NCBI GenBank assembly: GCA_964638715.1
Contig: CAZWZF010000019.1
Coordinates: 4,836-68,835, forward strand
Length of the DNA: 64,000 nt
Direction of reading: 5' to 3'
Source of the DNA: an uncultured bacterium
GTDB taxonomy: Bacteria; Armatimonadota; Hebobacteria; CAIYQO01
A model generated the notes under the pieces. That model had not been told where the DNA came from. It saw only the letters and a list, made by a program, of their open reading frames with translations, and did no database searches. A program made the translations under genes and the position numbers. Below are positions 28,807-38,707 of this stretch, in pieces (positions within the stretch are counted from its first letter, which is position 1; every line of letters begins with the position of its first letter).

Positions 28807-29826
28807 TTATATAGCAGTGACCTTAACTGTTTTACCAGTCTTGGCTGCTTCTTCCGCTGCGAAAACTACGGCTACTGCCCTTGCGCCATCGATAAGCGAA
28901 GGATAGGGGGTGCCGCCATTTCGTACCGCGTCATAAAAACTGCGCAGGTTGCCGCAATTGTCGCTATCGCCTTCAATTGCAACCGGTACTTTTGGCTCTT
29001 TTTTACCATCGAGATGGGAAGTTTGCAGCCACATTTTAGTGCCTTCATCAAAATAAAGCTCTTCACGATACAGGTTTGCTTTTGTTCCCAGAATATCAAA
29101 TTTATGGCGATATGGTGTGACATGATAGGCGTTAAGGGTACCAATCAAGCCAGACGCAAAACGCAGGTTGCAAATCGCGGCGTCGGCGGTGCCGGTGGTA
29201 TGCACGTCATAACGCATCATACAGCCAACCTCGGCAACAGGTCCAAAATAAAACATTAATTCATGCAGTGCGTGAACTCCGCATTGAAACAGCATGCCGC
29301 CGGGATTTTTATCCGGGTCGCCGCGCCAATCCCCGGGCTTTATATGTAGCCCGCCGTTATGGGCAGTGGTTTTTTCAATAGCAGCAATTGTACCAAACTC
29401 GCCAGCGTCAATCATTTTTTTAATCGTTGCTGATACCGCGTCGTGAGAATGGTCATTGTGTCCAAGTCCAACTACCAGACCGGTTTTCTTTTGCATATCA
29501 AGCAGCGCATTTACTTCATCCATGCTGGAGCATAACGGCTTTTCAACAAAAACATGCAATCCGCGTTCCATGGCAGCCAATGCCTGTTCCGCGTGATATT
29601 TGCCGCCGGTGGAAATTATTAATGCTTCTACGTTCGGGGTGGCGAGTAAATCATCAAAACTTTCTGCTATTCGTGCGCCGTCATCACGTTTGCAATTCTC
29701 CAGTGCATCTTTGTTGAAATCATACGCGGCAACTATCTCAAACAAACCGGTTTCCCGCATTCGCTCGCGCCGGTATCCGCCAAAACCGCCGACACCAACC
29801 ATTATAACCCGCATTTTATTATTCAT
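28807..29826 (-). CDS. Gfo/Idh/MocA family NAD(P)-dependent oxidoreductase
   Basis: VGVGGFG, HVFVEKPL, WRGD..NPGGMLFQCGVH. Confidence 0.93.
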   Translation of the reverse strand: MNNKMRVIMVGVGGFGGYRRERMRETGLFEIVAAYDFNKDALENCKRDDGARIAESFDDLLATPNVEALIISTGGKYHAEQALAAMERGLHVFVEKPLCSSMDEVNALLDMQKKTGLVVGLGHNDHSHDAVSATIKKMIDAGEFGTIAAIEKTTAHNGGLHIKPGDWRGDPDKNPGGMLFQCGVHALHELMFYFGPVAEVGCMMRYDVHTTGTADAAICNLRFASGLIGTLNAYHVTPYRHKFDILGTKANLYREELYFDEGTKMWLQTSHLDGKKEPKVPVAIEGDSDNCGNLRSFYDAVRNGGTPYPSLIDGARAVAVVFAAEEAAKTGKTVKVTAI

Positions 29827-29869
29827 GATTTCTCCCTTTAGAGATGATTTTCATTAATTATGGCAAAAT

Positions 29870-29885
29870 TGTACACCGGATTACA
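29870..29885. promoter_or_regulatory. LacI-type operator A, copy 2
   Basis: TGTACACCGGATTACA in divergent intergenic region upstream of Gfo/Idh/MocA gene. Confidence 0.75.
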
Positions 29886-29948
29886 GGAGTTTGGCAATAA
29901 GAATTGACAAACAAACAAATAATGAGGAAAATATTAATACTTTAGGAG

Positions 29949-30809
29949 ATGAAAATGTCTACTTTACACATTACCAGCGGCGATTGTGCTGGTGGAACTA
30001 TCTCGAAAACCGGCATTGATGGAGATATTTTCGTATGGCACGACATTATGTATGCCGGTCCCCGCAATCCCGGATGGCCCAATGCTGAAACTCTGCTTGC
30101 CCGCGCTTCTTTTCTCGAATCTGAAACTGGTGGTGGTTTGAAAAAAGATTTTCTGCTGGAATCACTGAAAAACCAGTATGATAAACTGAAAAATGCCGCA
30201 AATTATGATCGCATTGTCCTCTGGTTTGACGCCTGTCTGTTTGACCAATCCATGCTGGCGCATATTCTTACCTGCCTGCAATTTCAAAGAATTACCAATG
30301 TTGACCTGCTGTGTGTCGACGCGTTTCCGGGTATTGACCAATACGACGGGTTAGGGCAATTAACAGTAGAGCAACTGGTCTCGGTATACAACCATCGGCG
30401 CCCGGTGACAACAGAGCAATTTACCTTTGCCACGGAAGTAGATGAAGCATTTGCTATGCAGGATAAAGCAGCATTTGTCAAATTATCGAACAGTACAAAT
30501 TCACCACTGCAATGGATACCCGCGGCAATATCGCGCTACTTGCTGGAAATCCCCGAATCAGGTTTGGGACGATTGGAACAACTGGCATTAGACGCCGTAA
30601 AATCCGGCTGTACAACCCCAATAGAGATATTCAAACATGCCTCGAAAAATGACACCCACCCGCAATTCTGGGGTGACACCACCCTGTGGGGAAAAGTTAA
30701 CAGTCTTGCAGACCGCCAATTGGTATATATTGAAGGCCCAACAGCGAAGCTGCCACAATGGGATTGTAAGGGAATGGAAGATTATCGGGTGTATCAGTTA
30801 TGCAGTTAG
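29949..30809 (+). CDS. DUF1835 domain protein
   Basis: LHITSGDCAG, WHDIMYAGP, IVLWFDACLFDQ, GLGQL, FWGDT. Confidence 0.75.
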   Translation: MKMSTLHITSGDCAGGTISKTGIDGDIFVWHDIMYAGPRNPGWPNAETLLARASFLESETGGGLKKDFLLESLKNQYDKLKNAANYDRIVLWFDACLFDQSMLAHILTCLQFQRITNVDLLCVDAFPGIDQYDGLGQLTVEQLVSVYNHRRPVTTEQFTFATEVDEAFAMQDKAAFVKLSNSTNSPLQWIPAAISRYLLEIPESGLGRLEQLALDAVKSGCTTPIEIFKHASKNDTHPQFWGDTTLWGKVNSLADRQLVYIEGPTAKLPQWDCKGMEDYRVYQLCS

Positions 30810-31456
30810 TGCAGATTTTTTTTATGAATAAAATGACATGGGTATTGATAATATTTTTCATATTGTTGATTATGTTTATTGATTTAATAAAATCATACTT
30901 TAAATCTAAAAAAGGTAAAGGGCAATTTGGAGAGTTCATTGTAAGTTTAGTATTAAATAAAATTGGCGAAACATATGAAGTTTGGAACAATATCACTTTA
31001 ATAATAGATGGCGAATCAACACAAATTGACCACATAGTTATATCAAATAAAGGAATTTTTATTATAGAAACTAAATATTTTCAAGGTCTGGTATTAGGTC
31101 AGGTAAAAGATGCAAAATGGACACAAGTTGCAGGAAGAATTAAACGCCAGTTTCAGAATCCATTACGGCAAAATTTTCGACATACAAAATTCCTGGCAGA
31201 AAAACTTGGAGTTGAAGAAACTGTAATGATTCCCATGGTTTGCTTTACCGCCGAAGTGCAGTTTCCGAAAGGAAAACCAGAAAATGTTTATTTTCCTCGA
31301 GAAATGGCAAAAAAAATAAAGGAATATACTGAAATTAAACTCGACATGAACCAGATAAAATCGCTAAAAAGACAATTGCAAGCGATGGGTGCTACCACAT
31401 CAGAAAAGAGCAAGGCTCATCTTGAGAATTTGAAGAACAGGCATAAAATACAGTAA
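30800..31456 (+). CDS. Membrane-anchored NERD (nuclease-related) domain protein
   Basis: N-terminal TM; KGQFGE, TQIDHIVIS..GIFIIETK, FQNPLRQN..H. Confidence 0.9.
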   Translation: MQLVQIFFMNKMTWVLIIFFILLIMFIDLIKSYFKSKKGKGQFGEFIVSLVLNKIGETYEVWNNITLIIDGESTQIDHIVISNKGIFIIETKYFQGLVLGQVKDAKWTQVAGRIKRQFQNPLRQNFRHTKFLAEKLGVEETVMIPMVCFTAEVQFPKGKPENVYFPREMAKKIKEYTEIKLDMNQIKSLKRQLQAMGATTSEKSKAHLENLKNRHKIQ

Positions 31457-31470
31457 TGAAAAGGAATTAT

Positions 31471-31532
31471 TTAACAGGATATTCAGGATAACCACGATAA
31501 TAATATCTTGTTCATCCTGAATATCCTGTTAA
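31471..31532. repeat. Perfect 19-bp inverted repeat between convergent genes (CAGGAT 9-bp repeat family; probable terminator)
   Basis: TTAACAGGATATTCAGGAT ... ATCCTGAATATCCTGTTAA. Confidence 0.8.
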
Positions 31533-31566
31533 TTTAAACGAAGTTCCTTAAACTGAACACTGAACA

Positions 31567-32601
31567 CTACCCCTCTAACACCGTATCAAAAAACGCAATG
31601 ATATTCTCTGTTGGCATATCTTCGGTGAATACCTGGGATGGTCCGATAAGCAGGCCGCCGACGGGGGCGAAGGTGTCGAGGACGCGGAGCGTGGCATCGC
31701 GGACATCTGTCGGTTTTTTATGCACCAGAGTCAGGTGGCTTACGCCGCCGTCCAATGCCAGTCGTCCTTTGCGGAACTCTTTCAAACGGGCGTGGTCGTT
31801 ATCTTTCACATAGTCGGGGAAGGGGTTCCAGCAATCTACACCTATTTTGATAAGGTCATCCAGCAATGGCCAGATGTACCCGCAGGAGTGGAACCATACT
31901 TTTGCGCCGTGAGCATGAACGATATCGAATGCCTGTTTCCATGCCGGTTTATAATAGGTGCGCCACATCTCCGGGCTTATCATCAATCGGTCCATGGTGC
32001 CGATATCGTCATCGGCGCGGACAACTTCGATTTCTCCCTGACCGGCATTGAGCAGCTTTTCGATATAGCCAGTGGTGAACTCAGTCATCTTCTCAACATA
32101 AACCTGCATGTATTCTTCATCGGTGACATCAAACAGCGCGTTTTCATTTCCGCGCAGCATGTTGTGAATCTGGTAGCCAAGTCCGATGTGCCCGGCGGAT
32201 ACCACCATGTCCTTCGCCTTTATTTCCAAAGCCTGGGCATAAATATGCGAGAAATCGAAATCTTCCACTCGCGGCCATTCGTGAGTTTTCAAATCTTCAA
32301 TAGTATTGCATTCCAATAAACCAAAGTTATGCTGTGATGAATTGCCCCAGAAATCCAATTCAGTGCCGTCTGCCGCAATCTTTTGAGTGCCGGTGTATTT
32401 ACCCATCACAGCATTCCATTCCCACACGCTGAATCCGTCGATGCCGGTTTTTAAATACAAGTCATTCTTGCCAGTTGCGCCATAATTTTTATACACTGCC
32501 GACATGGTATCGCCATGGGCATCAAAAGCAATCGGCGGCCGGTCAGGAATACCGCCGTTCAATGCAGTCAATATTCGGTTTCTGCGGGTCATCGTTGTCA
32601 T
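31567..32601 (-). CDS. Uroporphyrinogen decarboxylase (URO-D/MtaA-CmuA) family protein
   Basis: MTRRNRI...PDRPP, DDDIGT..LMISPEMW, FHSCG, DGGVS, GPSQ..DMPTENI. Confidence 0.88.
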   Translation of the reverse strand: MTTMTRRNRILTALNGGIPDRPPIAFDAHGDTMSAVYKNYGATGKNDLYLKTGIDGFSVWEWNAVMGKYTGTQKIAADGTELDFWGNSSQHNFGLLECNTIEDLKTHEWPRVEDFDFSHIYAQALEIKAKDMVVSAGHIGLGYQIHNMLRGNENALFDVTDEEYMQVYVEKMTEFTTGYIEKLLNAGQGEIEVVRADDDIGTMDRLMISPEMWRTYYKPAWKQAFDIVHAHGAKVWFHSCGYIWPLLDDLIKIGVDCWNPFPDYVKDNDHARLKEFRKGRLALDGGVSHLTLVHKKPTDVRDATLRVLDTFAPVGGLLIGPSQVFTEDMPTENIIAFFDTVLEG

Positions 32602-32618
32602 TTTATGTACCAGTTTTT

Positions 32619-32694
32619 GACATGATTAACATGATTGACATGATTAAATAACTCCCCTCCTTGACAAGGAGGGGTGTCCGAAGGGTGGGTGGTT
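32619..32694. repeat. 9-bp tandem repeat (rACATGATT x3) plus REP-like palindrome
   Basis: gacatgatt aacatgatt gacatgatt 32619-32645; AACTCCCCTCCTTGACAAGGAGGGG... 32650-32694. Confidence 0.8.
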
Positions 32695-34756
32695 ATTCTT
32701 CATTATTAATTAAGTATGCTTTCAACGCTTCTAACTTCCCATCAATAACATCACCTGTCAGCGCATCCGTAATTTTACCGCTAATCGGCGCGTCTTGCGG
32801 GACAAAGCTGAAGTATACTTTTGTATTGCTGTCATTTTCCCATAATACGCCGGCATATTCTTTCATTACCGTCGGTTTTACCATTTGGTCGCGGTATTTT
32901 TTATAGACAGATAGCAGTTCTTTTATTTTTTGGACCCGTTCTTGGTTCCAGTGTTCACGTGGAATAAGATGAAAGTTTAAATTCGGTATACGTTTAAATG
33001 CAATATATTGAAATAACGTTTCGAACGGTGCAGTACCTTTTAATATTTTACAATCATATGTATCGTCACCACGGTCATCACCATGACCAAACCACATGCC
33101 AATGACGGTATTATATGAATATCCCAACATATTACCGGCATAAATATTGCCGCCATGCAGACCGCAGCAGGAATGGTTGGAAAATGTAACCAGGGCTTCC
33201 GGCTGAATATATATTCCGGCATTATTAAGTGTCGCGTATAATTCCGCCATTTTATCAAATTGAGGACGCATGCTGCCATCAGAATAGTCTATCTGCCACC
33301 AACCGAGATTGCTGAATGAATCCCATAGGAAACCCGCCAAACCGGTTCTTTCACATACTCCCATAATCTGCTTTTTAATCTTGTCTGCTACCGGACCATT
33401 AAGATTTGCTGTCCAGCAACTCGCGGCATATCCTGTATCCGGGTGTCTTCCAGATTCTTTGGCTGCAAAGATACCGAATGCGCCATGTTCAAGTGATTTA
33501 TCATGCTGAACAGTGGTATTCATTGAATAATGGGCAGCCATCCAGGAGAGTATTTTTACACCTTTTTCACGTGAACGGTCGCATAACGCCTTTAATTTCG
33601 CTTCGCCCCCCATGATGTCAGCAACTTCAAAATCAAGGGTGACGCACATATTCTGATGCCACCACTTTTCAAAGATAGTGCCTTTTTGTTTTTCCGGCGG
33701 TATTGCAGCGTCAAACGCCATCTTCAATGCTTCCTGGTGTTCCCATACCGGATCAATAAAGACATAATCTGCACCGAATTCTGATGCAACTTCCACAACA
33801 TGTTCATAAGTTGTATCAAAGTTCATGTTATGCCAGACATTTTCACTGAATACTATAGCCGGTGGTGCTTCATTAATAATTCCAAATTGGTCCATTGACC
33901 GCGTTGCTTCATTTCTGGAAATTTCCAGCCACATATTTAGCGCGTCTACTTCATCGAGCACGGCTGATGAGTGAAGAATAGTCTTTGGGTTGGTACTGAC
34001 TTTCGTCGATTGTTCAAATTCATGCATATCAAGATAACGCAGGTTGTCTTCGCCGCAATTGCTTTCAATAACGGTACGAATCAGCGATACCTGGTCAAAC
34101 CATCCAAGCAGCACACCATCTTTGCCGTATTGCATATCAAATGACGGCAGCAGCGACCAGCGCCCCCATAAACTGCCGGGCAATAATGATGCCCATTTAT
34201 CCAACCCAACGGTTGAATAAATAGTATGCAAATCAATTTTCATACTTGGCGGCGTTAACCAGTTGCGCAGGCAAATTGTGACATCATCCAGACACCCGCC
34301 AATTTCCCATGTTTGCCGGTCTATTATACGGTGAATGGGAAGAGTGCCTTCATATTCAAACCAATATTTAAAACCAGTGAAAGAATTCCCTCTGACTTCC
34401 GATTTTGTCGGGGTAAAACAGATTGTAAATTCTGCTTCCAGCGGAGAACTGTCCCAATTGGCTTTACGGAAAACCGGGTCGCCAGAGCAGTCGCGGCGTT
34501 CGCGGAATAATGCATCCGGATCGCTGGTTGCCTTAGTTTTGATGCGGGTTACGCCGTAAGTGTCGGTAATATCAAGCAACCGAAATTGGCGAAAAACCTC
34601 ACCATCGTAAGTGTCGAACCATGGAATAAACCGTGTTGATGAATTACGCACAGCGACACCATCAATTGTGATTGCGCCAAGGCTTGTCAGCCATCCATCG
34701 GTGATTTCCAAATTGATATTTGCATCACCACATACTAATGTTTTGTACTCAGTCAT
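32693..34756 (-). CDS. Hypothetical cytoplasmic protein, possible glycoside hydrolase (beta-sandwich plus TIM barrel)
   Basis: 687-aa ORF; G.DYVFIDPVWE, GGE..LK.L....GVKILSW, GL.GFLWDS resemble GH TIM-barrel strands; no signal peptide. Confidence 0.55.
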   Translation of the reverse strand: MTEYKTLVCGDANINLEITDGWLTSLGAITIDGVAVRNSSTRFIPWFDTYDGEVFRQFRLLDITDTYGVTRIKTKATSDPDALFRERRDCSGDPVFRKANWDSSPLEAEFTICFTPTKSEVRGNSFTGFKYWFEYEGTLPIHRIIDRQTWEIGGCLDDVTICLRNWLTPPSMKIDLHTIYSTVGLDKWASLLPGSLWGRWSLLPSFDMQYGKDGVLLGWFDQVSLIRTVIESNCGEDNLRYLDMHEFEQSTKVSTNPKTILHSSAVLDEVDALNMWLEISRNEATRSMDQFGIINEAPPAIVFSENVWHNMNFDTTYEHVVEVASEFGADYVFIDPVWEHQEALKMAFDAAIPPEKQKGTIFEKWWHQNMCVTLDFEVADIMGGEAKLKALCDRSREKGVKILSWMAAHYSMNTTVQHDKSLEHGAFGIFAAKESGRHPDTGYAASCWTANLNGPVADKIKKQIMGVCERTGLAGFLWDSFSNLGWWQIDYSDGSMRPQFDKMAELYATLNNAGIYIQPEALVTFSNHSCCGLHGGNIYAGNMLGYSYNTVIGMWFGHGDDRGDDTYDCKILKGTAPFETLFQYIAFKRIPNLNFHLIPREHWNQERVQKIKELLSVYKKYRDQMVKPTVMKEYAGVLWENDSNTKVYFSFVPQDAPISGKITDALTGDVIDGKLEALKAYLINNEE

Positions 34757-34765
34757 AATGTGTTC

Positions 34766-37700
34766 CTATTCAAAGATTATTGTGCCCCAGTTGGCGCTGA
34801 CTACGCGCACTTCGCTGGGAATGTCGTTGGTAACGCCAGTATCCTGGTTGTACAGGTAACGGCGCAGGGTTGTCTTAGTACCGCTGCCATCGCTGAGAAG
34901 AACACCCTGGTCGCCTTGCAATTGAGCATTTTTCGCAGGTGCTGTCATGCCAATGTCAGCCCATGGTATAGCGACCTGTGCAAGGTAGCTGTTTGTTTCT
35001 ACCTGTACAGTGCCGGTAACGGTTGTCAGTTGTATAACCCGTTCAAACGGCTCTTCGGCAACTGGCGATTTATAAAGCATGGGTGCTTTCGCCATGCCAG
35101 CCGGAACTTTTCCCCACATGGCAACTGCATTTAATCCACCTTTATCGCCAGGGGTGATTATTATTCTTACATCACCGGGTTGTACAACACGTTTTCCTTC
35201 CGGTTTCGGGTTAACTATGCCAAGATGAATGTCTAAACCATCGCCGCCCTTAAACGGGAAATGCCAGTCGGTGGTGACATTTTTCCACGGTGTAGCATCT
35301 TGAACTTTGAATATCGCGTAAAGGTTTTTGTCATCGTATGCTAATCCAACCTGTGCTTTGAATGTTTCATCAATTGTTATGGTGCCAAGTTTTTTCAAAT
35401 CCCAGCCTTTTAAGGTTGCGTCCAAAGCCGGAGTTGTTTTTATTGCGCTCAATGGTGGTGCTGTTTGCTGTCCATTATCTGTTGTTGCGGAAGCGATGAC
35501 GGCTTTAAAATCATCGTTGCTGACAGAAATATTTCCAGCGTCAAATGTGCGTATTTTATCCCAGCCCTGCAGTTCAAGAATGCGTCCGTCTACATCGCCG
35601 CAGAAAAGATAAACTTTACCGGTTTTTGGATGTTTGAAGAAATAACCGGAGAAGTTTTCAATAAAGAATACATCAAAGTTAGGGGATGGGCCGCGGCCGT
35701 TGTCGTAACCAATTTGATCGATAAATAAACCGTCTTCGCTGAGGAATCCGAAATAGCCGCGATAAACGCCAACGCCGACAATTTGTCCACCGTTTTGTTT
35801 CGGCATTTCTGCAAATCCGGCAATTCGCAATGCGCCATAAAGGTCTCCCGTTTTAGCAAGTGGTGCCCGAAGTGCATAAAACACTGCAACACGACTGTAT
35901 CGCCAGTCAATTTTGCCATCGCGATTAAACTTATAGATCCCGTCTTCCCCGCCGCCGTCCATTCCGCCATTCACCGGGTTGCGCAGGCTGGCAACAGCAT
36001 AAAACTTCTTCCAGTCATCTTTATAAGAAGGCCATACATCCATCCAGTTGCTGTATTTATTCATGTCTCCGTTGCCGGTTATTACTGTTGGTGCGTCTTC
36101 CGGTTTTGGATAAATTGGAATACCTTTTTCATCCAAACCATTTGGACGGAAAAGACGTCCGCCTTGAATAAATCCACCGTCGGGATGCATAGTGCCGCCG
36201 AACTGGGCGATTGCATTGCCAAGGCCGATACCGCTTATCTTGCGATACTCTCCTTCCTGTATCAACCCGTCGCCATTCTGGTCTTTCCATTCAAAAGATG
36301 TGTTCCATGGCCATTCCTGTTTCGCGTTATTTAACGGTGGGAAATAACTCTGGTAATTGCTGACTGAATATACCGGCTGGTATCGGTCGCCTTTTACAGC
36401 AAATACTCCGCCATGTCCATTAAATGCGAATGGTTTGCCGGCAATAGTGGTTTGGTGGAATGTTGCGCCCATAAAACCGTATACCTGTTCAGAACCGCCT
36501 ATAGCATTACCACCCATGGCAGACTGTCGGTATACTGTAGCTTCTGGTCGCCATGTCCCTTTATCGTAATCGACTATGAACTTGGTATTATGTATCAGAA
36601 CTTCTTCCGGTTTGTCCAGATTCGGCGCCATCATCGGCGCGTAAGCTGCGCTGCCGTAGAAATCTTTTATTAACTTGCCATTTTTCACATTCCACAGACT
36701 GATTCGTTTCGGAGTATTGTCATTTTCAGTAACCCATAATTGTCCTTTGGCATCAACGGAAATTCCGCAAGGATTCAACATGCCGTCAGGGTCAAACTTG
36801 CCCATTAATGGACGACCGCCTTTTTTACCGATGGATTTAACCAGTTTTCCCTGCGCGTCATATCCCAGCACCTGCATCTGTTTTCCGCCTACGCTTACCC
36901 ATAATATTCCCGCGTTCAGAGCCATGCCATAAGGCATTTCCAATCCTTCAGAGATGAACGGGTTAACCGTGCCATCTTTTAAATTAATAGTGACAATTTG
37001 TTCTCCGCTGACAGCAAATAAACGATTATTTACAGCATCATATTTTATATTTCCCGGGTTTTGTACGGTGTAGGTGTTTGCGAGCTTCATGGTCTTTTTA
37101 TCAAGAGCAACCACTTTGTTCTCGGTGTATAAAGATGCAAACAGGTAATCCGGGCTGGTGGTTAGACCGGTAATATTTGCATCATGAATAGCTGCTGCTC
37201 CGACAGGCTTTGCTGGCCAATTTGTAGTGTTCCAGTCAGATACCGGCATCACTCCCTGACCTGAGATAAAGTTCATTCGGTTTCCGTTTGCCGTGTTGAA
37301 GACAAATAGACCGCCATGATTTGCTCCTTTGCGATTTTTGCCATCTTTCGCGACATATATCATTTCATTGTCATATACCAGTGCGGTAGCACCGCCATCA
37401 AAATCACCCCATGATATGCGGGAACCCCATTGTTTTTGACCAGTAGCATCAACCTTTATCAAAAAGTCGCCGCCTTCGTTAAAGGTCCACATCAGGTATG
37501 AGTTGCCTTTGTCGTCGGATACCGCATCTATTGGATTAGCGTGGTCGCCGCCCCAACCGAACTTTCCGCCGCTGTTGCCCCAACCCGGGTTGCCGCTGTT
37601 CATAACACTGCAGATATATTTTGGAGTTATGCCAGGGTGGGTGAGTGCTTTCATGGTATATTGACCGGGTGGTACCGGTTTGCCGTTATCATCTTTGCCA

Positions 37701-38680
37701 TCCCATGTTTCTGTTTGTGCACCGGCGCTGCGCTGCGCCTTGGTTAACAGAGTGCGCACTATCTGCCCATCAGGCTGGCAAATAGCAAGGCTGACGAATC
37801 CGGCAGTAGGATTAGTATATTTCACCGGGATGTTAAATACTTTAATTACTTTATCTGTTCCAAAAATTCGTTTCTCTTCATTTGCTTGTTCCATTAACGT
37901 AGATTTTACATCAGCCGGTGCGATAAAATTCAGCGCTCCCCAACCATCAGTACGCTGGTAATGAAAACCACCGGCAGATACAACTTCAAAAAAGTTGTGC
38001 TGCAGTGAACCATCGGCATTTCCCCATAACGGCTGTAAAGTAGCAGTCCATTTGTCGCCGGCTTTCGGCGCAGATGCTTTAATTACTGACCATGGTATCC
38101 GTCCTTCCAAGATATAACCACCGTCGCACTTCTTGAACATCAACCCGCTTTTATCACCAATTAATGTAGTGACACCATGAAAATCCATGCCATAGCGCAA
38201 GTCCAGGGTAGGCTGTGCTTTGTCAGTGAAATACCACATGGTGCAATGCACGATAGCTTCGCTGTTTATTTTATCAGCAGGAATCGGGTTTTTCATGGCA
38301 GCATCGGTAATCAGCCGAAATTGCAATCCGTCACCTGCCCAACCGCGGAAGGGGTCAACTGTTGGGTCGACACGGTTAATCATTGGGCTGGCATCGACAT
38401 ATTTTACCACCAGTAAAAGTCCGTTGGCATCATAAGCGGTGGCTACTTTGCAGGAGAAGAATTCCTTTAAATCCGGGTCGGCATACATATCTATGAACGT
38501 TTCCGGTTTCCAATCAGATATGTCGCCATCGACAGTGATTTTTCCATCTTTGGCTGCATCTTGAACCGGGTATGCATTTAGATGCGTGTGTTTATACTTG
38601 GGTATTTCCGCTCCTGCACCAATAGCAAGCAGCAGGAAAATTACCAGCAACCCGAAAATTAGAAATGAATTGTGAAACAT
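34766..38680 (-). CDS. Secreted 1304-aa CBM9-like - FlgD Ig - NHL propeller - CBM9-like protein (paralogue 2)
   Basis: ITVDGDISDW; WDGKDDNGKPVPPGQY; SGNPGW...WGGDHANP; NPCGISVDAKGQLWV; ends NDIPSEVRVVSANWGTIIFE. Confidence 0.8.
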   Translation of the reverse strand: MFHNSFLIFGLLVIFLLLAIGAGAEIPKYKHTHLNAYPVQDAAKDGKITVDGDISDWKPETFIDMYADPDLKEFFSCKVATAYDANGLLLVVKYVDASPMINRVDPTVDPFRGWAGDGLQFRLITDAAMKNPIPADKINSEAIVHCTMWYFTDKAQPTLDLRYGMDFHGVTTLIGDKSGLMFKKCDGGYILEGRIPWSVIKASAPKAGDKWTATLQPLWGNADGSLQHNFFEVVSAGGFHYQRTDGWGALNFIAPADVKSTLMEQANEEKRIFGTDKVIKVFNIPVKYTNPTAGFVSLAICQPDGQIVRTLLTKAQRSAGAQTETWDGKDDNGKPVPPGQYTMKALTHPGITPKYICSVMNSGNPGWGNSGGKFGWGGDHANPIDAVSDDKGNSYLMWTFNEGGDFLIKVDATGQKQWGSRISWGDFDGGATALVYDNEMIYVAKDGKNRKGANHGGLFVFNTANGNRMNFISGQGVMPVSDWNTTNWPAKPVGAAAIHDANITGLTTSPDYLFASLYTENKVVALDKKTMKLANTYTVQNPGNIKYDAVNNRLFAVSGEQIVTINLKDGTVNPFISEGLEMPYGMALNAGILWVSVGGKQMQVLGYDAQGKLVKSIGKKGGRPLMGKFDPDGMLNPCGISVDAKGQLWVTENDNTPKRISLWNVKNGKLIKDFYGSAAYAPMMAPNLDKPEEVLIHNTKFIVDYDKGTWRPEATVYRQSAMGGNAIGGSEQVYGFMGATFHQTTIAGKPFAFNGHGGVFAVKGDRYQPVYSVSNYQSYFPPLNNAKQEWPWNTSFEWKDQNGDGLIQEGEYRKISGIGLGNAIAQFGGTMHPDGGFIQGGRLFRPNGLDEKGIPIYPKPEDAPTVITGNGDMNKYSNWMDVWPSYKDDWKKFYAVASLRNPVNGGMDGGGEDGIYKFNRDGKIDWRYSRVAVFYALRAPLAKTGDLYGALRIAGFAEMPKQNGGQIVGVGVYRGYFGFLSEDGLFIDQIGYDNGRGPSPNFDVFFIENFSGYFFKHPKTGKVYLFCGDVDGRILELQGWDKIRTFDAGNISVSNDDFKAVIASATTDNGQQTAPPLSAIKTTPALDATLKGWDLKKLGTITIDETFKAQVGLAYDDKNLYAIFKVQDATPWKNVTTDWHFPFKGGDGLDIHLGIVNPKPEGKRVVQPGDVRIIITPGDKGGLNAVAMWGKVPAGMAKAPMLYKSPVAEEPFERVIQLTTVTGTVQVETNSYLAQVAIPWADIGMTAPAKNAQLQGDQGVLLSDGSGTKTTLRRYLYNQDTGVTNDIPSEVRVVSANWGTIIFE

Positions 38681-38707
38681 TAACCTTCTCCCCTTTATAG
38701 AAATGCG

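Noticed and set aside
26431-32601. hemE annotation for URO-D proteins
   Set aside because: They lack the HemE W.MRQAGRY signature and have no heme-pathway context
22139-32694. Palindromic ~40-bp repeats as a CRISPR array
   Set aside because: Dispersed over 10 kb, no regular spacers, no cas genes
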